Below are positions 1 to 13,384 of a stretch of DNA of 64,000 nucleotides, piece by piece. Made by a program: the position numbers and the translations under genes. The DNA comes from Lytechinus pictus. Its lineage: Eukaryota. The notes under the pieces were generated by a model. That model saw only the letters and a list, made by a program, of their open reading frames with translations. It did not search any database and was not told the DNA's origin. The stretch lies in contig NC_087250.1 in the NCBI RefSeq assembly GCF_037042905.1, positions 9,860,001 through 9,924,000 of the forward strand, read 5' to 3'. Within the stretch, counting starts at the first letter, position 1; every line of letters starts with the position of its first letter.

Positions 1-1042
1 GCGTTTCGGGGGGTGCTGCATATGGGGAATAATACACGCAGCACCCCCTAGGAAAACCCCATCACCCCGCTGACACATTCATATGTTCTTGAAAGCATTC
101 TGCGTCGCGGTGCTAAACTCCCTATTTAGATGCAATAGAGTTTCGTACCGCGACGCAGAATGTTTTTTTTTAGAACATAGGAATGTATTACAAAAAGGTT
201 TTCGTGACAAGGGGTAACAAAGAGGTATTTGCCGAAAATTGGTGATACATAACAGAAGTTTTGTCCGGGACTCTGGACGAACGATCTATTTGCAATTTTC
301 GTGTTTTTAAAAAAAATATTTATTTCAATACGGGTAAAAAAATACTTGCTTTCAGCCGACAAGGCTGTTTTTCAGCAAGTCCGTACAATTCAATTTACAA
401 AATTCTCAAAAACAAGTTGAAAAATAAAAACGGGTGTTTTCTACTCGCCGTACGGGGAATGGGACCGCAGCGTTAGGACGAAACTGCTGATTTGTTTTAC
501 CAATATTCGACAAAGACCTCCCAGCTTTTCATTGTCATTTGACTCCTATTTTGATATCGGTTTGTGTTATAGCAAAAAACGATCCGCCGATACAACGTGC
601 AACAATTTACTACGTGGAATTCTAGACCAAGCTTCAGAAAAATCGAGGGGACGGAAACAGAACTACTCCATTGATTCATATGTCGGTTCGATAATGAGGG
701 TGATGATGGTGAGGAAATAACATAAAAGATTAAATCCATGCTGCACATATGTTTCTTATACTCCACTTACTTCAGTTTAATTTGAATCCAAAGTTCAGAA
801 TAAAGGACGAATAAGCTTACTTAACATGTTTACCATCACAAGAATAATAGTAATAATAATGATATAACATTTATAGGGCGCTTAATACAGATGTTTCTAA
901 GCGTTCAGTTTTCTGCTTTCTTTTGAATTACCGGGGAAAATAAAAAGTGGTCTTAATGATTGCAAAACAAAATTTAAAGAAACAAACGAAACGCAACTAA
1001 GATACGCACCTCCATAATAATAGACCTACCCACAACTGATAT

Positions 1043-1560
1043 CTAGACATTAAAAAGGTGGGTCTTTAGCAAGGTCTCAAGGGAGTTGGCATTATGGATA
1101 CGAGATTGTAATTTATTCCACTGGATTAGAACAACAACAGAGAAGGCTCGATCACCATAACTGGTATTTGTACGTGGTCCTAAAGTTAGCTGCAAGGTTT
1201 TTGAAGAACGAAGTGGTCTGAGTGAGCTAGAAGAGCGGAGAGAGATGAGGTAAGAGAGATATTCAGGAGCTAGGCCATTGATTATTTTATACGTCAAAAG
1301 AAGAACTTTGAAAACGATGCGCTGGCGTATTGGAAGCCAATAAAATAATTACAGAATATGTGTGATATGTTCAGATTTTCTTAAAAGAGTAACAAGCCTT
1401 GCAGCAGTATTTTTTCATTCTTTGGAGTGGGCGTTAATGTGAGAGTGGGAAACCAGAAATAGCAGAATTGCAGTAATCAAGGTGGAAAGATACAAAAGCA
1501 TGGGTAAGTTTACTAGTTATGGTCATTGTGGTCGGGTCGAGTAGCTTCCTCATTTTTCCA
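1043..1560 (-). mobile_element. 3' fragment of a CR1/L2-group LINE ORF2 (paralog ~36055-36570; mostly deleted in copy C)
   Basis: YKIINGLAPEYL...LRS...PRT...GDRAFS...WNKL...KTHLF is the typical C-terminus of CR1/L2-group ORF2; upstream remnants read DYCNS and WLPI. Confidence 0.82.
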
Positions 1561-2035
1561 TGTTTGGAAAATCAAATTCATGTAGCAACGAACCATATTT
1601 AATTTGACCAATAACAGAGCCACCATTGGGATCGTTACATGTGTCTAAATGACTTATCAATCCTTTTCATTTGCTCTTTAGTCTTCATCGAAAGTTCCCT
1701 GTATTGCAGAACATGTATCGGTGTCTTTTCGCTTTGTTTTCCAGATTGACTATTAGTAAATGTACATAATCTTTTTAAACAAGACAGGCGCCCTTTATGA
1801 AAGTTCAGTCCAGACAGATCTAAGGCTACCTCTTAAACATAATAAATAGGACACTTATTTTGACAATCAAAGCTTTACAGGTTTCAACATCGACACGGTA
1901 CCGAATGGGAGCGCAAAGAGAAGGGTTTTTTTCAGTCTGTGTCATCGTCTTCCCTTACTTCTCTCACACTCACTTTCTTTATTTCGAAACCTACTATCGT
2001 TTTTTTGTCCACATTCTGGTCATTTTTATACATAC

Positions 2036-2140
2036 CGACTGCACATGTTGGTCCTTGAAACCTGGCTGAACAGGAGCAGGTGAAACCTTCCAGTGTTTCC
2101 GTGCATGTTCCTCCATTAAGACATGGGTTGGGTAAACAGT
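2036..2140 (-). CDS. Gene 1 EGF-like domain exon ([35 protein letters not shown])
   Basis: Six-Cys EGF spacing; 105-bp phase 1-1 exon bounded by tctcag and gtatgt. Its lectin exons would lie left of the window. Confidence 0.92.
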
Positions 2141-2768
2141 CTGAGATCGAGAATTTGACGTGACACGGCAAATTGAAGTAGATGGGAAAGTGAGTTAGCA
2201 GGGCATATAGAAACGGAGAAAAGAGACAAAGGCAGAAACGGGGAGACATATAAAGACAGAGGCAGAAACGGGGAGACATAAAAAGACAGAAGGGATGGTT
2301 TGGGAAATAAAAGTGATATTGCCATCTTTATCGTCAGAGGAACAATTGTATTCAAAACCTGTTATTTTACTCTCAAAACACTCGACGGGCGGATCCAGAG
2401 GGGCACATTCGGCCCGTGCCACCCCCTTTTAGGAGGCATCAGTATTTTTTGTTTTGGTCATTCATAGACGTGAGGACTTATTTTTTTATTTTATTTATTT
2501 TTTTGGCTTGTCAAATTGTTCATGGAACAAAATGACATTTCTTTGATATTGAAGACCTTTTTTTGCATGTCATTTTTTTCTACATCAAATAACCTCGAAT
2601 TGGTAGTGAGTTCTTTTTTTTCCAACATTTTCCTATAAATACGTGCCTCCCCCTCCCCATTAGAAAATCCTGGATTCACCCAAGCTCGATACAATCCACA
2701 CCCTTGTAGTACAAACTAGACAATGCTTTTATTTCCATGGCGTGAAATTGGTAGTTTCATTAGTATGT

Positions 2769-3160
2769 GGGCGATTCCATGCTAGAAAAATCAGCCATTT
2801 TCTCAACATTTTTCAACCTGCTGTCCAGACGAACGAAGAACTTCAATTTGCTTTGTGGTAATATTGAAGGACTACTGGGTAGACATGCAAACAACTGACA
2901 ACCAACACAAATATGTTGTCCATAGTTGAATTAGAGCTTAAAATGTTGCGTGCCGTACGGGACATTTCTGCGTCCCGTACAACACTTTTTACCTCTAATT
3001 TACCCACAATCTATTTTTTGTGTGTGTTGGTTATTAGTTTTTCACATGACTACCCACGATAGCTTTATCACTGACAACAAAGAATATTTTATTGCTCAAG
3101 CATTCGGCTAGGAAACTAGAAATTGTCAAAATGTCCCGTACGAAACGCATGGAATCGCCC
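2769..3160. mobile_element. Non-autonomous TIR element with a 4-bp TSD (ATGT), possibly Sola-like; present in all three copies
   Basis: atgt|gggcgattccatgc ... gcatggaatcgccc|atgt. Confidence 0.75.
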
Positions 3161-4585
3161 ATGTGGAATTCACAGCGGAGCAATTGCCCAGAGGAGCAAA
3201 TTTCATCGAATCATTATGAGCCACCAATTTTCGACAACGAATTCTTGCTCTATGTCATAAAGGATACTCGATATTTTATCCTACATAAATCAAATTTTGT
3301 ATACATATTGGTCAGAATAGCATCATGTGACCAAACATATTTTCACTATTTTGCGATGATGTTGAAAATGAAATGACCATTGAAGAAAATTGACTATTCC
3401 GTGATGTCAATAACGGAATAATGCACTATTCCATCATTGACATCTCATTATACTGACACACATCATGCAATCTCTCGGGCGCATCGGTCAGCGAGGCAAT
3501 TCGACCGGGCAAATATTTGGCGTAGGCACAAATCCGCGCGATATCTGTATTTCAGTTCAGATTGAAAATAGGATGAACTAGATGTGCAAGAACTAGATTA
3601 TCAAGACGTATTGTTCTAACTTAATATTAAATGTACGATATAAAACAAATATACCAGGCTTTCATTTTGAAAGTAAAGAGGCAATTATTCATTCTCGGTT
3701 GCACTGGCAAAATTAGTAATGCCAGTCCAACCTCGGACAAATAATTACGCAAGGCCTGATATGTTTCTATAATATAATTTCCCTGCTTCTGGACCCTCCG
3801 AACATCGTGGAGCGAAAACTCGCTGCAGATATAAAAATGACAGTCTTAAAAGAGGCTTTGACAACATACCTGGGAGTTTGAAGATGAAGATGAATCGATT
3901 TGAAACGATTCTCTTTATCCCTGGCCAGTTGGTGTCATCTCTGACTATTAACTTGGGTTCCAGGGCAGCGATGTCTACCGTTTGCAGTAAGCCTGCTCCA
4001 CACCTTGCGTTTACTGGCATACCAAACTTTAAGACTGAAAAAAAAAATCAGACGAGATTCCAAGTCAGTCCCATCCCTACCGTCTTCGGTGAGCAAAAAC
4101 AAATATGTGGCTTGGCCCTGGGAAGCGGGGGTATACTGGGGAGAAGGGGGGGGGGGGTATCTTTCTTTTTCTTTTTTCGCGAATTTTGTCGCCAAATTTG
4201 TCGTGATGTATATTAACCTTGCTTGAGCTGTGATCAAACCAGCGCCTGAAACTGGATGGAAGTTGTCCGGATTCCAGCAGGAGAGCCAATTTGGGGAGTG
4301 TTATAGGATATCACGTATAAACGGAAGCGTAAAAGAAAACACTGGTACGCCGAGTACAAAACGAAATTGATTATTGATCATCGATTCTTTTAAGCATCCA
4401 TGGGACTAAGCTTGAAGGGAGGTTGATGATGTTGGAGAAGAATGCAATGAATAAGAGGGTTATCAACACAGAGCGTTCGTGCATAATAAGCTAAAAGATA
4501 AATGCAAAATACCACAAAATATACGTATTGGGTTATAAATATTACGGAATCCATGTGACATAAACGTAACTAAGTAAATACTTAC

Positions 4586-4640
4586 TCAAAAGCAAAAAGC
4601 TTGTTAGCACTAGAGATCTTCTAACGAAACCTCTCGTCAT
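4586..4640 (-). CDS. Gene 1 first coding exon, signal-peptide-like (MTRGFVRRSLVLTSFLLL, phase-1 end)
   Basis: ATG, basic n-region and hydrophobic run ending at a consensus GTAAGT donor; a pyrimidine-rich acceptor (ctcttgtttccag) lies 24 nt upstream of the ATG. Identical in all three copies. Confidence 0.65.
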
Positions 4641-4937
4641 CTTCTTCAACGCCGAGTATATTTACTGGAAACAAGAGATGCGTAAATATGGACAAGTTTG
4701 TGTATTGATTTGATTTTTACGCATTTACATAGCATTTATGATTTATGTCATTCACGCAGACAAGTTATTACATGAATGATAATAATAATACTAATTATTA
4801 TTATTATTATATAACTTATCCGTTAGTATTTGCACATATGGGCAGTTGTAATTATATATTATAACGGTAATGGATTTGAGTTTTTTTCTAATCAGTATGA
4901 CCATTTAGTTTCAAACGTTGTTCTTCCGAGGCCAAGT

Positions 4938-5440
4938 ATAATAATAATAACAATAATAATAATAACAATAATGATAATAACAATGATGATAACAACAAAA
5001 GCTGGATTTTTAAGCGATCTTTGTCTGAGGATACATAGCGTTGCAATAATTACCCCAGCTTTAACTGTGCTGCCATGGCCCTTGGAAGCGGGGTGCTGAG
5101 TGTATTAATCACCATTGGCAGCACCCCCAGGTATTCTGGCATAAATTGGGGGAAAATCTTAACCAAAATTACCCTCATTTTGTAGTAAAACCCCCTGTTT
5201 GTTGTTTTCTTTTTTCAAATTTCTTGAAACCAATTTGAGCTCCTGGAGGGCCCTGATACGGGCTAAAGCTGAAGCATTCAAGGAATTTCTTCCTACAGGT
5301 TACCCATTCATCTCGCCTGGGTTGAGTGCAGCACAATGTGGGTAAATTTCTTGAAGGAAAGTAGACCATGGCTAGGAATCGAACCCACGTCCCTCAGATT
5401 AAAAGATGAGAGTCATAAAGTACTAGACCACGACACCCCC
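4938..5440 (-). mobile_element. Degraded SINE interrupted by a ~180-bp TIR element (~5075-5255)
   Basis: SINE core and head at 5256-5440, tail repeats at 4938-4995; the insert has ends catggccct and agggccctg. Confidence 0.6.
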
Positions 5441-6022
5441 ACATAAAGAGCAGAACAAATCGTAGCAGGTGATGGATGATCCGATGTTATCTCTTTTCCT
5501 CAACTTTGCAGGGCGTATATATGTTACCATCATACTCATAACACACACACAAACAAAACTACACCACGGTCGTTTCCCTCCAGGGCTGCAACTTGTCACC
5601 TTTGCTATTTCATTCTTGCTTTCACTTAGTTTACGAATGTTTTTCGAATGTTTTCCAAGGACGTTATGTGCGTCAACGCAGAGAATAATCCTTTGTTCAT
5701 AGGGGGAACAATGCTTACCCCCCCCCCCAAAAAAAAAATGACTGTCCTCTGACTGACGCTCATGATGGACATGATGGTAAAAATGGTAAAGATAATGTCT
5801 GTTACCTCTGCCTTGTTTCCTTTTGCATCCGCAAGCCTCACAAAATTAGTACAGACCTTAAAACATTCATACTTATCAAGGCAGAATCTCCTAAGTCAAG
5901 AATACGCATGCATTCAATGCGCGCAAATTGTGTTTCGTCGCAGAGCAACACACTACAGCAGTGGCACGAAGACAGCATTTACGCATTGATTGTCAAGATC
6001 CCAACGTGAGTGATAGCTTTAA

Positions 6023-6616
6023 AGGGGAATCCAGCCCTGGCCATACACTGTTGTGTTGAGAAGGAGAAAAATAAATTAAAGAGAATTGTGATAGTTTGAA
6101 AGAAATTGGACAAGCAATAATAAAGTTATAGCTGTTTATAAATTGAGATCACTAATACTATGTAGATTTCAAATTGGCAAATGGGTAAGTAAATTATGAC
6201 AAGGGGCAAGGACAACTTTCCCATAGGCCATGTACTTTATTATCAGCGATTTGTGGTTTTCTCCTAAGTACCCATTCCCCTGGGGCCTTAATCTAAATAT
6301 AAAAAAGGTAGTATATTGTTTTATGTCCTCATGAAAGAAAAACATAAATTAAAATAAAACTTTTGGGAAAAATGACATTTTAGCCATAATATGCATTGGA
6401 GTACATGGAAGAGTATTCCTTGCCTTACATCACTATGACATCCCATATGCGGCCATTTGAAGTCTCCATGGGTATAGTGATTACCAATATTTACAACTTT
6501 TAAAATTTCCTAACTTTCTTGTTGTTTGTCCAAAATTGTTCAAACTTCCACCTATCAACTTGTCTGATTTTTCTTTTCCTTATAAAAACAAGTTTTTATT
6601 TGGGTTTGATTCCCCT
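6023..6616. mobile_element. TTAA-flanked non-autonomous element, Kolobok-like (paralogs 41041-41635 and 59710-60303)
   Basis: ttaa|aggggaatc ... gattcccct|ttaa, with inverted subterminal blocks. Confidence 0.82.
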
Positions 6617-6639
6617 TTAAAGGTATACGTTCCTGGAAT

Positions 6640-6910
6640 TCATGAGGGCGTTGGACAACTACGCTCAACTTGCGGCGCCAGCTACTCATTGGCACCAGTG
6701 CAATACGACGCCTACGCAGATGCCACGTTCTGTATGCCCGAACTGCATGACGACTTTCAATTCGCGTATGCTTCAGCTGCTGTTCAAAGATCTTGGCAGG
6801 TTGGCCCCGCCTCCTACTACAGTGACGTAAGCAGATCAACGCAGCGCAGTACTGTGCATAGGTACGTGCACATCACTGGTGATTGACAGCCGCATGCAAA
6901 TTACATGTAC
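6640..6910 (-). promoter_or_regulatory. Candidate promoter/enhancer upstream of the gene (copies near 41660-41930 and 60330-60600)
   Basis: Locally CpG-rich; GC box ccccgcctcc at 6805-6814, CRE-like tgacgtaa at 6823-6830 and octamer atgcaaat at 6894-6901. Motif evidence only. Confidence 0.3.
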
Positions 6911-7026
6911 GACAATGATCTTTGTAAAGAGGTAAGAGGCGAGTAGAGCAGTAACAATACCGTCCAACAGCGCCATACCTTTTAGTGAGCATATCCGAGA
7001 TACCGAATTCAAATGATGACCGGAAG

Positions 7027-7234
7027 CACTCTCAAAACAAAACAGTCGAAATGACTAGTTAATCGGGTCAGTTGAGTGCAAACTGTCATTCTAGTCATGT
7101 GTATTCTAATTGTATTTTACTAGAACAGAGTTATTTCTGACTAGAATATACGTCAGAAATGTGACTAGACATTGTCAGTTGCACCCAGCTGACTACTGAT
7201 CTAGTCATTTTGACTGCTGTGATTCAAGGATGTG
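7027..7234. mobile_element. Old palindromic MITE
   Basis: cagtcgaaatgactag..gtcagttgagtgcaa is mirrored by ttgcacccagctgac..ctagtcattttgactg. Confidence 0.55.
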
Positions 7235-7374
7235 TGACCAGGGCTTCACAAGACAAAGAGCCTTGCTCTAAAACTGACCATGCTCATGCATGGAATTAAC
7301 TTCAAGAAAAAAATTAATAGGACGAACATCCATTTCCCCCAGATACTTTTCCTACCTACAACAGAAATGATTTA

Positions 7375-7523
7375 TACCTCGGTCACATTTGCTCTACGGC
7401 GAGTCGAAAACAGCCGTTTTATTCATTTTTTCTAAACCACCTTTATGTAGCTGGTACAAAAATGTTAAAACGGTCGTTTTCGATTCGCCGTACGGCCGCC
7501 GTAGAGCAAATGTGACCGAGGTA
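7375..7523. mobile_element. Small MITE with ~27-bp perfect TIRs
   Basis: tacctcggtcacatttgctctacggcg and cgccgtagagcaaatgtgaccgaggta. Confidence 0.85.
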
Positions 7524-7683
7524 TCAGTGTTAAACAGTGTGGGGGTATTCTGAACTTCGGTTTAATCTAAACTCTTGTCTAAAGTTGTGGTTTAACAATG
7601 AAAAGTCAGTCGTGGCACAAGTCTCTAGGAAAAAAGTATTTGGCAGACTAGTTAATTAGAATATAAAAATGTGTAAAAATAGT

Positions 7684-8472
7684 AACTTATATATTTTTTC
7701 TTGGCATCCAGGCTGAAAGCTTGCTCATTGAAAATAAGGAGCGCGCAATTAAAACCAAACCATTCAATTTTTGGCCTCTCGTAGTTTTAACACTGGCTTA
7801 GACTATTCTATAACTTACACCCTACTTCGGAATACCGTCCAACCTTATATATTTTTCTTGCCATCCAGGCTGGAGGCTGGCTCATTAAACATAAGGAGTG
7901 CGCAATTAAAACCAAACCATTCAATTTTTGGCCTCTCGTAGTTTTAACACTGGCTTAGACTATACTATAACTTACACCCTACTTCAGAATACCGTCCAAC
8001 CTTATATATTTTTTCTTGCCATCCAGGCTGAAAGCTGGCTCATTAAACATAAGGAGCGCGCAATTAAAACCAAACCATTCAATTTTTGGCCTCTCGTAGT
8101 TTTAACACTGGCTTAGACTATTCTATAACTTACACCCTACTTCGGAATACCGTCCAACCTTATATATTTTTCTTGCCATCCAGGCTGGAGGCTGGCTCAT
8201 TAAACATAAGGAGCGCACAATTAAAACCAAACCATTTAATTTTTGGCCTCTCATAGTTTTAACACTGGCTTAGACTATACTATAACTTACACCTTACTTC
8301 AGAATACCGTCCAACCTTATATATTTTTCCTTGCCATCTAGGCTGGAGACTGGCTCATTAAACATAAGGAGCGCGCAATTAAAACCAAACCATTTAATTG
8401 TTGGCCTCTCATAGTTTTAACACTGGCTTAGACTATACTATAACTTACACCCTACTTCGGAATACCGTCCAA
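7684..8472 (+). repeat. 157/158-bp tandem satellite, 5 units
   Basis: Unit ccttatatatttttcttgccatccaggctg...cttcggaataccgtccaa. Confidence 0.97.
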
Positions 8473-9344
8473 TAAGTTCTACGTAGGTTGAAAGTTTGGA
8501 TCCGTCCCCGTCGATGGAAGTTGAGTCTGTAATAAGCAGCCGAAACGATGGCATATTTTATTGTTGGCTTCAACGATCTCAAACAGACTATACTTAAATA
8601 ACAACGTGTCTTCCATCACAACACCTCGTACGTATTCAATAAATGAATAATATTTTGACAACTGTAACTGTTTATGTTGATTCATATATTCAATAAATAT
8701 TGGAAGAAAAAAAGAATTGCCTAAAATAACATCAAACTTTTTCTTTTTAATGATCAAACATAACAATAGTTTATAGTATTTTTACAGTCCATATCAATAA
8801 ACATTTTTGAAGAACTGTAATATTACATTTCTAATGCTATGGTTACAGCACGTTGTTCGTGTCTTTGCACGAACTTATCTCACAACCTAAACTAATTAAT
8901 GTTTATGATAATCAATAATTGTGAAAAATATATATTATAGATTCACGTATTGGCTCAATACAGTCATAACAATAAACAGCCCAAAGTTAATGTTTTTTTT
9001 TTTTTTTGCTTTGCCTTTTTTTGCCTCTGAATATGATTGATCTGATCATAACAAATTTGAGTAACTTTGAATAAACATTTGTTTGGAAAAAAAACATTTA
9101 CTTTCGGATTTATTTTTTTCACTACATATATGCAGTGTATATATATATATATGACCTAGATGGTGCAAACTGAAATATTGTTTTCTGTGGATCATTGTAA
9201 TGCCGGGAGTGGCAGAATGGTGCAGGATTCAACTCTGAACATGGTATTTTCATGAATCAGAAGAGTGAATGGAGACATTTAGTCTAGTCTTACTTTCACT
9301 GTGATAAAAAACAATTTTTATGTTTTACATGTTATCACAGTTAT

Positions 9345-9522
9345 ATTGTGCTGCACTCAACCCAGGTGAGGTGAATGGGTACCTGGTAGGAATATATTCC
9401 TTGAAATGCCCAGCGCGTAAAATCTGCTTGAGCTACAGCCAGGGTAATAATATCCTAGTCCTTTGGAAGCGCATAGAGACGTTATTCATAATGTGCTATG
9501 CGCCATACAAGAACTGACTATT

Positions 9523-9538
<16 letters not shown>
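9345..9538 (+). mobile_element. 5'-truncated SINE, followed by a (TA)n microsatellite to 9610
   Basis: Core tgtgctgcactcaacccaggtgagg and (TTA)n tail. Confidence 0.75.
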
Positions 9539-9615
<77 letters not shown>

Positions 9616-9722
9616 CCACTCCCGCACTACCATTCACACATGCATGCACAGCATTATGATTGATCTGATCTTTAAACAAATGAGTAACTTTGAATTAACA
9701 TTTGTTTCGAAAAAAGCATTAA

Positions 9723-10316
9723 AGGACAAGTCCACTCCAACAAAAAGTTGATTTGAATAAAAAGAGAAAAACTCAACAAACATAACACTGAAAATAGCAT
9801 CATAATCGGATGTAAAATAAGAAAGTTATTACATTTTAAAGTTTCGCTTAATTTTACAAAACAGTTATATGCTCATCCTGGTCAGTATGCAAATGAGGAG
9901 ACTGATGACGTCATCCACTCACTATTTCTTTTGTATTTTATTATATGAAATGTGAAATATTCTAATTTTCTCCTCATTGCCAAGTGAAACAACGATTAAC
10001 TCCTCCCTGAACATGTGGAGTTAGCATTGTTTAACACTATATGGTTCAGTCAAGTTGGTCCTTGATATTATATATTGTATTGTATTGTAAATATTGTATA
10101 ATTCAAACATAAAAAACAAAAGAAATAGTGAGTGATGAACATCATCGACTGACTCACCTAGTTGTGCATATCACTGTTTTGTGAAAAATAAGCGGAACTT
10201 TAAAATGTCATAACTTTCTTATTTTACTTCCGATTTTGATGAAATTTTCAGAGTTGTGCTAGTATTATTTTTCTCTATTTATTCAAATCAACATTTTTTG
10301 GGGGTGGACTTGACCT
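9723..10316. mobile_element. TTAA-flanked non-autonomous element with long TIRs, Kolobok-like (paralog 45495-46088)
   Basis: ttaa|aggacaagtccac ... gtggacttgacct|ttaa; inverted match over 100 bp. Confidence 0.85.
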
Positions 10317-12249
10317 TTAACTTAGGAATTAGATGGACAACTACACCTGGGTTTCCTTATTCATATAGTGCAGTGGGTTCTTAATGTGCAAAGGTGGTGA
10401 CTTTCCTCTAGACAGGACCTCAAAATTAACGCCCTATCCGAGAGACGGTTTTCTTCGACTGTAACATAGCCAGCATCGATAGAACAGAAATGAAACGTAT
10501 ATTATTCAATCATGTATATTTTTGTTGTTTTTATATTTTTTTGTGAATTATGTTTTAAGGGGCTTGTTGAAAAATAGCCTGACGGTCAAGAGCTTTTTTA
10601 CACCATATTGAAATTAACAAACAAACAAATAAACAGAACTGGAGCTTTTTTTTCCTTGTGCTGATATATCCCTAGACACCTATAACAAACTTAGCACCTA
10701 AAAACACTCATAACATGCGTAACTGTAGGAACCGGTTTGTGCAACATCACCCAATAACAGGTAGGGGAGACCAGTGACAATTGTAACATGGGGCAAATGT
10801 AACAGAGGCTCCCACTAGTCCGGCAGCCCAGGAGATTTATTCAACCGGAAGCCGGACAAGCAAATGACCCCATAGCTGGATGGCATGGACCCTGAAATTT
10901 ACAAAAATGCATTGCTGCCGGGTTTTATCCGTGGTCTTCCCGCCGAAATGATCTATAACGTCACTACAAAATGGCCCTATTTCACCATTTTTTTGACATT
11001 CTACACATCGCATGAAGTCAAGGTGGAATAGCTCAGCCAAACCATACTTGTTTTGTATGAAACTTACAAAAATAAAGTATTGAAAAAAGACATGCAAAAT
11101 TTCACAAACAGGAATTATTGTTTACATACGCAAATTACGTCATGAAATTTGCATATCATCAATTTTTGATATTTTTTGCATCAAAAATTGTCGAAAATCG
11201 ATTTAGAAATTTATTTTCTTTTTTAGTGTACTTTTTTTGATATATTTCCTGTCAAGCATAATAGCGTTCTCTTTATCTATATCTATACTTTTAGAAAATA
11301 TATGTCAGTAATTGGAAAAGGCATTATAGACTGTGATTTCAGCCCCCTTTTCAATATGGTGCGTATATAGAAATCGTGCGTTTTGGGCCTATTTTCACCA
11401 TTAAGCTGAGGTGTGCGAACGATATGCCCACTTTATCGATGTTTCCTGCATTTTGCATGATATTAAATCTTCGAAACAACATATTTTCATCTTAATTATG
11501 TCTCTGCTGATAAATAAATGATTTCAGCAAAGATTGATTGCCCACTGGGCAGTCTATAGGTTACGTTTTCAGCCTAGTTTTCGACGACGAACATATACCA
11601 TGTATGACTGCATTATTGTAGTCGAGTCGGAAATGGGAGTTCCTGTGCACCATCAAAATATACTTTTAAATCAACGTTTTTGTATTCCCTGAAGTGTCTA
11701 GTTAATGAATCTTGATGTTTTCTTTGCAAAATCGTGTCCCACTGGGTTCAAATTGATATTTTTGGCGGCCCTTTTGGATTTTTTTCAATGAAAATTCATT
11801 ATTTTCATATTTTTGTGCAGAGAGTGTGACAATAGGACAATCTTACATGAATACGCATTTTACTATGATTCGGATAGTAGAAATCGGTTGAAATCGTTTT
11901 CTGGACAGACCTGCTAATATATTTTGAAATAAATAAAAATATACCCCGAAATTGTCATGCTTTTGGTCCAAAATTTGCATGTGCATTGATATCTATCTGC
12001 TCAGTCATTAACATCAACAACTATTGCAAAATATCAGCATTCGACACGAAAGAGGATATATTATACCAAGAATACTGAAACGCTTCGTGACAGTATAAAT
12101 GAATGTCTTAATTTGCTTAGTTAAAGGGAAAATACCATGTATTACTCGTTATTGCGATAAAGTGACACAAAAAAGCAACCTCTGTGTCATAGGCACACCT
12201 GCAAGAGCCCGAGGAAGGTCCCCTTTCCCTATCAGTAGCTTGACTAAAA

Positions 12250-13180
12250 AATGAGATTTTTTGAGCCCCCAATGTGACAAGATGGTGGTTCCTTTATGTA
12301 AAAAAACAACTCTTATTTTATTGAAATCACTTGGAGACAAAACAGTAGGCTCTTCTCTACCAGCTACATTATAAAGAAGTGAGGGCACAGCAAAGCCTAC
12401 CCCCCCCCCCCTTACGGGACCGCCAAAGTCCCCCATCCTTTTTTCGTATTTTGCCCATTTCTTGGAAAATTCGCAATTTTTGTAGCCCCCTTGAAGGGAA
12501 AAGACGTTTCTGCTTTGCAGTCAAGTCACCTTTATTGTTTTTAACCACTTGGAGATAAAATAATAGACTTTCCTCTATCTGCTACATATAGGGAAGTGCT
12601 GACACAGCGAAGCCTAAGCCTAAACCCTCAGGGTGCTGCCGAAGTCACTCACCCTTTTTTTTTGTATTTTACCTATTTATGGGAAAATATGGCATTTTGG
12701 AGCCCCCATTGAGGCAAAAAGCTTTTCTGCTAGGTAAAAATGCCACTTTTATTGTTTAAAACTATATGGAGACAAAAGAATAAAGTTTCCTCTATCTGCT
12801 ACATATAAAGAAGTGCTGATACAGCAAAGCCTATGCCCTTTGGGGACTGTCGAAGTTACCCACCCTTTTTTTTATTTCACCTATTTGTGGGAAAATATGC
12901 AATTTTTGGAGCCCCCATTGAGACAAAAAGCGTTTCTGCTATGTAAAAATGCAACTTTTATTTTTGTTACTGTATGGAGACAAAAAATGGAGGTTCCTCT
13001 ATCTGCTACATAATAAAGAAGTGCTGGTACAACAAAGCCTACCCCCTCTGGGGACTGCCGAAGCTACCCACCTCTTTTACGTATTTTACCCTAATGGGAA
13101 AATATGCCATTTTTGGAGCCCCCATTGAGGCAAAAATCGTTTCTGCTATGTAGTAAGGCCACTTTTATTGTTTTTAAACT
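12250..13180 (+). repeat. Diverged ~210-220-bp tandem repeat, about 4 units (one fewer in copy B, ~48030-48760)
   Basis: ctctatctgctacat...gaagtgctg...caaagccta...ttttggagccccc recurs near 12352, 12572, 12789 and 12996. Confidence 0.8.
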
Positions 13181-13187
13181 ATATGAT

Positions 13188-13384
13188 GGAGCGTTGTGGC
13201 CCAGTGGATAAGTCTTCTGACATTGAAACATTCTGCTGCACTCGACCCAGGTAAGGTGAATGGGTACCCGGCAGGATTAATTCCTTGAATGCACGAGCGC
13301 TGAAAGGCAGCTCGAGCTAAAGCCGGGGTAATCATAATAATAACGCGCCTCGGAATATAATATTTCTGGATAGATGGCGCTATA
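13188..13384 (+). mobile_element. Internally deleted SINE (paralog ~48765-48962)
   Basis: A-box head joined directly to the core; B-box region missing. Confidence 0.75.

Noticed and set aside
1043..1297. 84-aa ORF as a host gene
   Set aside because: It is the C-terminus of a decayed CR1/L2-group LINE ORF2.
6536..6886. 116-aa plus-strand ORF
   Set aside because: Starts inside a transposon end, is frameshifted in copies B and C, and has no recognisable domain.
7684..8472. CRISPR array, or the repeated 62-aa MASHSFNTG ORFs as genes
   Set aside because: Units are contiguous with no unique spacers; the ORFs are chance frames in a MITE-derived satellite.
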